A DNA stretch of 53,044 nt, taken from the IMG/VR virus record IMGVR_UViG_3300023109_001242, positions 1 to 53,044 of that record; one strand, written 5' to 3'. The position numbers and the translations under genes were made by a program. The notes beneath the pieces were generated by a model. It was not told where the DNA came from and did no database searches. It saw only the letters and a list, made by a program, of their open reading frames with translations. Positions 33,606-41,835 of the stretch are shown here, one piece after another; position 1 is the first letter of the stretch; every line of letters starts with the position of its first letter. This DNA comes from a virus (Duplodnaviria; Caudoviricetes).

Positions 33606-35169
33606 TTGTACTGATACAAGAGATCAAACATATATTAATAAAGTCAATGTTGCTATTGAGCCACCAGTTATTAATGGTCGTTATACATCAGCAGCAATTG
33701 ATGTTTTTGCAGAAGAGCTTGCACAAAATATATTACAAGACGCTGAAAAAAATCCACTTAAAATTGCTGTTAATACTTACGGTGATGAATTCTACGAAGC
33801 TGTTAATTATATTAATGGACCGTGGAAAAACAGAATCGGTGCAAATGCTGGTGAATCACTAGCGAGACGATGGCAGAGTGGGAACATTACAAACCTTGAA
33901 GTTGCAGACTTTATGGCAGCTTATAATTATACAGCCGCTGGTCTTGCTAATCAGAATAATTTATCTAAGCTGAATTTAGAACTAACTAACTTTTATAATG
34001 GTGGAATATCTGAAAGTGTTATCGGTGGATTCTGTAATAGTTTAAAAAATATATTTAATCAGATAGATGCCTTTTATGATTTAATTGGTGTAGTTGATGG
34101 ATTAATCCAAGACGCTATAGCAATTTATAATAAGATACCAAGAGACTATGATGGATTTAAAACATTAATTCAAGAGGAGATTATCGACAAGCTTCTTGAA
34201 GAAATACGAAATAAGATTATTAATGTTATAGTAGAAACGTTCAATGACATTATGGCTGCTATTGAAAACTTTGACCCTGTTGGTATTATATCAGACACTG
34301 TAACAGATGTCAACCGTATGCATACAAAAAGAGTTATGACACTTAAAGAACGTATGTGTAATCAGATGACAGAAAAAGAAAAACAAAAGCTTAAAGATAA
34401 ACTTAAAAACTTTATGGATTACGCTGTTGGTCTCTTTGAAAACATTGACTTAGAAACAGTTCAGTTCTTAGTTTATAGGTTCTGTGCACTTGCTACTAAC
34501 ATTGAATCACTTATTAAAGAAATTAAAAATCCATTAGATCAGTTCGGTAATAGGTATCAAAGAGTCGTTCAAAGACTACAAACTATATCAAAACTCAATA
34601 CATCTACTGCTATTCGTAACGGAGGCATAAGATTTTCTGAAGAATACCGACGAGAAGCTATAAATAGTCTAAGGGATGTATGGGAATCTTCTGAAGAAGA
34701 TCCTGGTAAGGTTCGTAGAACACCTACTGGTGAAGATGCGATCATAGTACCAGAGATAACTGCTCAAGAATATAAAGATTTACCTCCTTGTATGGCTGTC
34801 TTAAAAGGCTCTAATGCAAGGTTTGGATTAGATGGTAAAAGCTTTGACGAAGATAACGGAGTTGGTTTACCTGCGTATACTCACATTGATTTAGATGTTA
34901 AAGTATATTTGGCAAGGTTTCAAAAGAAGCTTGGTAGCAAAGTTATTATTACCAAGGGTTGGGTAAATAAAGAATATAACGATGAAGTAAAGGGGTCGCC
35001 AGAGAGTAGCCATTTAAGTGGACTTGTTATAGATATACAAAACGATTTTGAATTAAATAGCGACGAAAAGGTTGAAGAATTTAAGACAAGAGCGTTTGCA
35101 GCAGGATTTAAATACATTGTAATTTACGATAAGCATATCCATTTAGACATAAGAGATATACCTAGATGA
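33598..35169 (+). CDS. Helical protein with a C-terminal peptidase M15-like domain
   Basis: SSHLSGLVID (H-x6-D) and HIHLD zinc ligands at the C-terminus; GGAG RBS favours ATG 33598. Confidence 0.65.
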   Translation: MASCTDTRDQTYINKVNVAIEPPVINGRYTSAAIDVFAEELAQNILQDAEKNPLKIAVNTYGDEFYEAVNYINGPWKNRIGANAGESLARRWQSGNITNLEVADFMAAYNYTAAGLANQNNLSKLNLELTNFYNGGISESVIGGFCNSLKNIFNQIDAFYDLIGVVDGLIQDAIAIYNKIPRDYDGFKTLIQEEIIDKLLEEIRNKIINVIVETFNDIMAAIENFDPVGIISDTVTDVNRMHTKRVMTLKERMCNQMTEKEKQKLKDKLKNFMDYAVGLFENIDLETVQFLVYRFCALATNIESLIKEIKNPLDQFGNRYQRVVQRLQTISKLNTSTAIRNGGIRFSEEYRREAINSLRDVWESSEEDPGKVRRTPTGEDAIIVPEITAQEYKDLPPCMAVLKGSNARFGLDGKSFDEDNGVGLPAYTHIDLDVKVYLARFQKKLGSKVIITKGWVNKEYNDEVKGSPESSHLSGLVIDIQNDFELNSDEKVEEFKTRAFAAGFKYIVIYDKHIHLDIRDIPR

Positions 35170-35582
35170 CTATAATTAGTAAAACACCGGTAACTAAAAA
35201 GCCGAATTTATATAGCGACTTTAATAAAGACTTGCGAATCAGTCCTGTTTCAAAGGACCTCGCTATTTTAAAAGACGAAGACGCAGTAAAGGAAAGTTTA
35301 AAGAATCTGATATTAACAGATCCTGGTGAAAGACTTATGCAACCATTTATTGGTGGCGGAATACGTGGGTTGTTATTTGAGAACATAACACCTGGCGTAT
35401 TAAAGACGATAGAAACCCGTGTTAAAAATACAATTCAGACATACGAACCACGAGCAGAAATAATTAGTGTCGAAGCATCAACTGAATATGATGACAATAC
35501 AGTTAGGGTACTAATACAATTTTATATACGAAATGTCGATCGTCCAATATCGCTCGATTTAATTTTAGAAAGGATAAGATAA
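35166..35582 (+). CDS. gp25: Baseplate wedge subunit
   Basis: AVKESLKNLILT..GER..QP..G, I..YEPR, LER.R. Confidence 0.9.
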   Translation: MTIISKTPVTKKPNLYSDFNKDLRISPVSKDLAILKDEDAVKESLKNLILTDPGERLMQPFIGGGIRGLLFENITPGVLKTIETRVKNTIQTYEPRAEIISVEASTEYDDNTVRVLIQFYIRNVDRPISLDLILERIR

Positions 35583-35583
35583 G

Positions 35584-37476
35584 ATGGCCAGTCCAAAAAC
35601 TCCAATTACTGAACTCGATTTTGATTCGATAAAAGATCAGTTAAAAACATTTCTGCAAACGCAGACTCAATTTAAAGATTATAATTTTGAAGGTAGTAAC
35701 ATGAGCGCGATGCTTGATGTGCTTGCGTTTAACACTTTCCAAAATAACTTCTATACAAACATGACAATGAATGAGATGTTTCTTGACTCGGCCGTCTTAA
35801 AGAACTCTATCGTTTCTCATGCAAAAGAATTAAACTATATTCCAAGATCTCGTAAATCTGCTAAAGCAACTGTTCGTGTAACGATTACTGATCCAAACGA
35901 AGTTGCATCTACAGTATCTATTCCAACTTATACTAACTTCAGTTCTGCTTACCAAGGAGAATCCTTTAACTTCGTAACTAATCAAACATATGTTGCAAGA
36001 AGAACAGAACCTGGTGTATACGTAGCTGATAACGTTGATATCTTTGAAGGACAAATACTTGCCTCATTCCAAAGAGAAGGATTTATTATTGATGGTGATG
36101 GTGTATTACGTGTACAGTTAACCAATGACGAAGTTGACACAGACTCTATTGTAGTCTTTGTTGATGCTGAGCAGCAAGAAGATCGAAACGTATTTACTCG
36201 TGCTAATACGATATACGGTGTTAAACCATCCGATAAAGTATTTTATTTAGAACCTTATTTAGATAACAGATATGCAGTTTATTTTGGTAAAAATGAATTT
36301 GGTTTACAGCCAGAAGAGTTTGAAGATGTGCGTGTACGATACCGTGTATGTTCAGGTGTACTACCAAATGGCGCATCAAGTTTTACAACAAGCTTTTTTG
36401 AAAACGCTACTGTTTCAGTAAGTACTATTGCTCCTGCAGCTAATGGTGCAGAACGTGAGAGTATGGAATCTATTAGATACTTTGCTCCTAAAGCATTAGC
36501 AGTACAAGAACGTGCAGTAACAACAAAAGATTACGAAGTATTATTACAACAAGCGTTCCCATCAATTAAAAGTGTAAGTGCTTATGGTGGTGAAGAATTA
36601 GAACCACCTCAATTTGGTCGTGTTGGTATTTCTGTTTATTTAGATGCAGAAACAACGCTGATCAGTTCAACTCTTGCTAATACTTATATTAATTATTTAA
36701 AAGAAAAGAGTCCGTTAGGTATTGAACCAATATTTGTACAGACTGAATTTGTTTACGCTGATATAGTTGTTGATATTGTTTATAGTAATAAGAGTACATC
36801 AAAGAGTGCATCAGAACTTGAAGCACTAATCAGATCACAAATACAATCATACGCTGATAATAACCTCGAAGATTTTGATGTTAAACTGAGAGGAAGTAAA
36901 CTCACATCTGAAATTGATAAAATAGATACTGGTATTCTATCAAGTTCATTAGCGATCATGCCGATGATTGATTGGGTGCCAAATACAAATATTAAATCAG
37001 CTCCAAGCTTTAAATTTGAGATGGAGCTTATTAAACCATATCCATTTAGAGATGCTAACGGTTTTGCAAATTATAAACCTGCAATGAAGAGTACACCGTT
37101 TGATGTTAATAAAATTTGTGTTTATTTACAAGACGATGGTCTTGGTAACCTAATGACTATTATTAACGATGTTACTAACCCACAAGTATTTAATCCTAAT
37201 GTTGGTACTATTGATTACGCAACTGGTAATATTAAACTTAATGATATTATTGTTGAAGCATATGACGGAGCATCTATTAAAATAATGGTTAATCCTAAAA
37301 AGAATGATATTAATTCACCGAAGGGTCGTGTATTCCTTATTAGAGATACAGACGTTCAAGTGAATATGGCTCTTGAAGAAATACCTGGTACTTCAACCAC
37401 TGCTTCAAGTTCAGCGATCGGTTCATTAAATGCTTCAACATCTAGTTCTTCATCATCAAACAATAACGGTTATTAA
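35584..37476 (+). CDS. gp6: Baseplate wedge subunit
   Basis: LDFD.IK..L..FL..Q..F.DYNFEGS, NEMFLDSA, ESIRY.AP....Q.RAVT..DY. Confidence 0.92.
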   Translation: MASPKTPITELDFDSIKDQLKTFLQTQTQFKDYNFEGSNMSAMLDVLAFNTFQNNFYTNMTMNEMFLDSAVLKNSIVSHAKELNYIPRSRKSAKATVRVTITDPNEVASTVSIPTYTNFSSAYQGESFNFVTNQTYVARRTEPGVYVADNVDIFEGQILASFQREGFIIDGDGVLRVQLTNDEVDTDSIVVFVDAEQQEDRNVFTRANTIYGVKPSDKVFYLEPYLDNRYAVYFGKNEFGLQPEEFEDVRVRYRVCSGVLPNGASSFTTSFFENATVSVSTIAPAANGAERESMESIRYFAPKALAVQERAVTTKDYEVLLQQAFPSIKSVSAYGGEELEPPQFGRVGISVYLDAETTLISSTLANTYINYLKEKSPLGIEPIFVQTEFVYADIVVDIVYSNKSTSKSASELEALIRSQIQSYADNNLEDFDVKLRGSKLTSEIDKIDTGILSSSLAIMPMIDWVPNTNIKSAPSFKFEMELIKPYPFRDANGFANYKPAMKSTPFDVNKICVYLQDDGLGNLMTIINDVTNPQVFNPNVGTIDYATGNIKLNDIIVEAYDGASIKIMVNPKKNDINSPKGRVFLIRDTDVQVNMALEEIPGTSTTASSSAIGSLNASTSSSSSSNNNGY

Positions 37477-37488
37477 TAGGAAATTATA

Positions 37489-40134
37489 ATGGCTGAAAAT
37501 TATTCACAGATAGAAAAAAGTATAAGCTACTTTATTAATCAGCAGTTCCCAGCGATCTATCGTGAAAATGGACCAGAGCTTGTACAATTAGTTAAAGACT
37601 ATTACAAGTTTATGGAAACTGAGACTAATCAGTCGACCTATGTTTCTCGACGTTTCTATGACTATAAAGATATAGATACAACGATTAAATCTTTATTAGT
37701 ATTCTTCCAAAAGAAATACTTAGCTGATTTAGAATTAAAAGAGTCAATTGTTCCATTCCTTGTTAAAAATGTTTTAGACCTTTATAGAAGAAAAGGTACT
37801 AAGGCTGGTATTGAATTATTCTTTGCTACATTTTATAATGAGTATGATATTGATATCGTTTATCCTGCTTCGAAGATACTCAAGCCATCTAATTCAGAAT
37901 GGAAGACTGGTACATTCCTTCAGATGTTTCCAAACGATAATCTATTTTATAGTAAAACAAGTAAAGAATATACTTACTCAGATCTTATTTCTAAAAACAT
38001 TACTGGTAGTATATCACACGCAGTAGCTTCAGTAACTAAAATTAATTCAATATTAATTAACGGTATTTACACACCTATTATTTACCTCGATAATGTTGCA
38101 GGTAAATTTGTAAAGTACGACGATATCTATACTAATATTAATGGTGAAATAGTTACCTTCGGTCGTTTAAACGGATCCTTAAGTGAGTTTATAGTAGATA
38201 AAGAAGGCGGACCTGACGGTATCAAATCATCTGGTAATGCACCTGGTGACCCATTTAAAGTTAAAGCAGATGCTGGCGGCGGTGGTGAAGGTATAGTTGT
38301 TACTGTATCAGAAGAAACAGATAGTGTTGCAGAATATACTATTGTAGATGGTGGATTCGGTTATACAGTTGCTAATACATCACTTATAGTTTCAGACCAA
38401 TCAATTCAAAGAGCAGTTAGCGATCAAACAGTCTGGGAATACGGTGAAGTATTACGAGACACTTCAGGTAACGAAGGATTTATTGTTGGTACTAACGAAA
38501 GGTCTATCGGTGTTAAAATGAACGGTTCTGATATATTTGATCAGACTCGTGCAATCAGTACAGTTAATCGTAGTCCTAATATTGATTTAAAGGCAACAGG
38601 TATTCAAAGAGCGGTTTCTGCCAAACCATCAATACCTTCTCCAGGTCCACTCTTCCCAGAAGGATCTCCACCTGACGCTAACACAATGGTCACGGCTGTA
38701 ATTACAGACATTCAAACAGTTTCGTTAATTACAGACGTTATTCAACCTCATGCAGGTACTTTATTAAATGCTGCTGATTACGAAGTTAACGCGTCTATGT
38801 CTGGTAGTGCATCACCAATTAATATCAATACAGTTATTGGTGACGCGTTTGAAGAGACTGATATTGAAATGGGTAAAATCTCAGGGTTTACGAACATTAA
38901 TCCTGGTGGAGGATATAACTTCGATATATTTGCACGTGCTAAAGATGACCTTGTTAGCAAGCTTCAACAAAGAAATCAAATTGTTCGTTTAGTTAATACG
39001 CCCGATGCTTCTTTGTTTGAGAAAGACGAAATCATTACTGAAGTGGGAACAGGAAGTACTGGTAGAATAATAAAAGTAGATGCTCCTAATGGTTCACTAA
39101 ATATTATTCCAAATACTTGGTATGGGTTTACAGGTACAAATAATATTCAAAAGAGTAATGGTGACCAATATTTTGTTGGTGGAGTTTCAAGAGATTATTC
39201 TTCAACTGCAAGAGTCTTTGGTGATAACGCAGATATTGACGCAAGTGTAGATTTTGAAACTGGTTATATTGAAACAGTTGCAATTAATAATTCAGGTTTC
39301 TCATATATACATGATACTAACGGAATACTTGTTGATCCAGACGACCCAACTAAAGAATTAGCTTTTGGTACGATCAAAGCAGATACTCAAGGAACAAATA
39401 AAGGTTATTGGAAAGACTTTACTTCTCATATTGACGGATACGTACAAAAGGGTTCTGAAAGTACTAACATAGATCGAATTAACAATAATTTTGCTCTTGC
39501 TGTATTAGCAGTAGCTTTTGGATCACCTGCAGACCAAGCAGTAGCAGGTTTAACATCAGCATTTGAACCTTGGTTAATATCTATAGCATCAGATGGTTAT
39601 GCTTATGGTGATATTAATTCAAGTGGTAGTATTAACAGTGACGACGGGCAGCAATTTGCACTACTTTCAACTGGGGTTGACTCGCTTGGTGATCCTGCAT
39701 GGCAGACACGATTTGACGAAATTATTTTCCCAAGTATGAAATTACAACCTTGGTATGACTCGATGCTTAACGTCATTTATACCACAGTAGGTATTGATAC
39801 AGTATATGATTTAGAATACTCATCAGCAGGAATGAGAATACAAGATAGTAACTTCTATCAAGAGTATTCATATCAAATTAAATCTACACTTGATAAGAGT
39901 AGATACGAAAAACTATTAAAAGAGAATGTTCACCTTGCAGGTACTAAGATGTTTGGTGACTTTATCTATAAGTACGAAAATACAAGTACAATTAAACCAC
40001 GATTCATCAGATTCTTTAACGACGATGGATTTGGTACAGCATTGGATATTGCTAATACAGCAACACTCGATGCTTCAGTCACAAACTTTAATGTTGATAG
40101 CACTTATGTTACAGCAGATCATGTAAAAGTATAA
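37489..40134 (+). CDS. Baseplate wedge initiator (gp7-like)
   Basis: QFP..YRE, LY..KGT..GI..FF, C-terminal IQDS.FYQEYSY.IKS...VH.AG...FG; follows gp6. Confidence 0.7.
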   Translation: MAENYSQIEKSISYFINQQFPAIYRENGPELVQLVKDYYKFMETETNQSTYVSRRFYDYKDIDTTIKSLLVFFQKKYLADLELKESIVPFLVKNVLDLYRRKGTKAGIELFFATFYNEYDIDIVYPASKILKPSNSEWKTGTFLQMFPNDNLFYSKTSKEYTYSDLISKNITGSISHAVASVTKINSILINGIYTPIIYLDNVAGKFVKYDDIYTNINGEIVTFGRLNGSLSEFIVDKEGGPDGIKSSGNAPGDPFKVKADAGGGGEGIVVTVSEETDSVAEYTIVDGGFGYTVANTSLIVSDQSIQRAVSDQTVWEYGEVLRDTSGNEGFIVGTNERSIGVKMNGSDIFDQTRAISTVNRSPNIDLKATGIQRAVSAKPSIPSPGPLFPEGSPPDANTMVTAVITDIQTVSLITDVIQPHAGTLLNAADYEVNASMSGSASPININTVIGDAFEETDIEMGKISGFTNINPGGGYNFDIFARAKDDLVSKLQQRNQIVRLVNTPDASLFEKDEIITEVGTGSTGRIIKVDAPNGSLNIIPNTWYGFTGTNNIQKSNGDQYFVGGVSRDYSSTARVFGDNADIDASVDFETGYIETVAINNSGFSYIHDTNGILVDPDDPTKELAFGTIKADTQGTNKGYWKDFTSHIDGYVQKGSESTNIDRINNNFALAVLAVAFGSPADQAVAGLTSAFEPWLISIASDGYAYGDINSSGSINSDDGQQFALLSTGVDSLGDPAWQTRFDEIIFPSMKLQPWYDSMLNVIYTTVGIDTVYDLEYSSAGMRIQDSNFYQEYSYQIKSTLDKSRYEKLLKENVHLAGTKMFGDFIYKYENTSTIKPRFIRFFNDDGFGTALDIANTATLDASVTNFNVDSTYVTADHVKV

Positions 40135-40167
40135 TAAATATTTAAATAAGAATTTAGAGGAAATGCT

Positions 40168-41832
40168 ATGGCCAAGCAAACAATAGGTATCGGAGCAAGT
40201 GCTAATGACGGATCAGGTGATCCGATTAGAATTGCTTTCGATAAAGTCAACGATAACTTTAATGAGTTGTATGGTAACGGTGGTACCACCGGCAATACGC
40301 TTATAGATTTATTTGATAGTAATGGAAACTTTGATTTATTCGGTAAATCGCATAAAATTAGTTTCTTATATTCTACAGAAGCAGATCTGCTGAATGTTAA
40401 TCCAGGTACGTATCACGGTGCTATCGGCCACGCACATAATACTGGTTCTCTGTATTACGCTCACGGATCTTGGAGAAGATTATTATCTGATAATTCTAAT
40501 AATGATATTACGAGCTATACTGATCCTCTCAGTAAACATGTATATTTAAATAATATTACTAATGCAGAAACTGCTGATTATATCCTTAAAACAAATGCTG
40601 ATGGCACATATACCTGGGTTGCTGACGGTGGTGGTGGCGGAGGTTCATACGCTAACGCAGATGTAGATACTCATTTAAACGTATCAGCAGCACAAACAAA
40701 TCAAATTTTAAGTTGGGATGGTTCTGACTTTGCTTGGGTAGCAGATGCAACAGGTGGCGGTGGTGGTTCATACGCTAACGCAGATGTTGATACTCATTTA
40801 AACTCAGGCTCTGCAAGTAGTAATGAAATTTTAAGTTGGAATGGTTCAGACTATGCTTGGATATCTCAGTCAGGTGGTGGTTCATATTCTGATAACGATG
40901 TATCTAGTCACCTTAATACAAGTGCAGCATCTGCCGATCAAATTTTAAGTTGGACTGGTTCTGACTTTGCTTGGGTTGACGACGCGACTGGCAGTGGTGG
41001 TGGTTCATCAACCTTTGCAGGATTAACTGAAATCGCTCTTGCTGATTTAGATGTGCATGATATTGCATTACAAGCAAAAAGCAATTATGTAATGACAGGA
41101 CCTGATAGTTCTAAATACTTAATTGACCAATTACCTGGAAATAATCCAACAATTTATGCAACAGCTGGTGAAACGATCGCAATTAATATTGACGGTGTAA
41201 CATCATCACACCCATTAGAAATAAGACAACCTAATGGAAGCACTGCTTATAATACAGGACTTATTCATTATGCTCCTGATGGAACAAAGACAACAGGTTC
41301 ATCTGCACAAGGTAAAACTACAGGTACATTATTCTGGAAGATCCCAGGCAATATAAGTGGTACATATAAGTATATCTGTAATGTTCATAGTGGAATGATT
41401 GGTGATATTGTTATTGCAGATCCATCAGCAAGTGGTAGTAGCGGCGGAGCAGCTAGTCGTGTAAATGAAGCCGAAACAACAGGCTCGATAGCTGATGGCG
41501 CGACTGGTAATATTGCATTCTCAACACTCGGTAAATCATTTGGATTACTTAAAGTTACTGTTGATAAAGAATGTTGGGTAAGGATTTATTCTGATACATC
41601 ATCAAGAACAGCAGACGCATCCCGAACACAAGGTACTGACCCAGCAGATGGTTCAGGTGTTATTGCAGAATTTATCTCAACGACTTCAGGTACACAAGTA
41701 TTTAAAGTTACACCATCAATTATTGGTTGGCTTGATAATTCAGAAACAACAGTTCCTGTAGCAGTTCAAAATAACTCGGGAACAACAGGGACAGTTCAAG
41801 TTACGATCGACGCATTACAATTAGAGTCTTAA
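40168..41832 (+). CDS. Virion structural protein: gp9/gp10-type N-terminus, internal repeats, cupredoxin-like domain
   Basis: MAKQ.I.IG..ANDG.GD..R.AF.KVN.NF.ELY N-terminus; HPL...YICNVHSGM; AATAAATA at 40133-40140. Confidence 0.7.
   Translation: MAKQTIGIGASANDGSGDPIRIAFDKVNDNFNELYGNGGTTGNTLIDLFDSNGNFDLFGKSHKISFLYSTEADLLNVNPGTYHGAIGHAHNTGSLYYAHGSWRRLLSDNSNNDITSYTDPLSKHVYLNNITNAETADYILKTNADGTYTWVADGGGGGGSYANADVDTHLNVSAAQTNQILSWDGSDFAWVADATGGGGGSYANADVDTHLNSGSASSNEILSWNGSDYAWISQSGGGSYSDNDVSSHLNTSAASADQILSWTGSDFAWVDDATGSGGGSSTFAGLTEIALADLDVHDIALQAKSNYVMTGPDSSKYLIDQLPGNNPTIYATAGETIAINIDGVTSSHPLEIRQPNGSTAYNTGLIHYAPDGTKTTGSSAQGKTTGTLFWKIPGNISGTYKYICNVHSGMIGDIVIADPSASGSSGGAASRVNEAETTGSIADGATGNIAFSTLGKSFGLLKVTVDKECWVRIYSDTSSRTADASRTQGTDPADGSGVIAEFISTTSGTQVFKVTPSIIGWLDNSETTVPVAVQNNSGTTGTVQVTIDALQLES
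40642..41001 (+). repeat. Three imperfect in-frame tandem repeats (123/114/123 nt)
   Basis: Units start at 40642, 40765 and 40879 and encode GSY.(N/D).DV..HLN...A....ILSW.GSD(F/Y)AW, separated by poly-Gly. Confidence 0.85.
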
Positions 41833-41835
41833 TAA

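Noticed and set aside
40642-41001. Possible CRISPR-like or DGR repeat array
   Set aside because: Repeats are in-frame, imperfect and protein-coding with no unique spacers; no cas or reverse transcriptase gene in the window.
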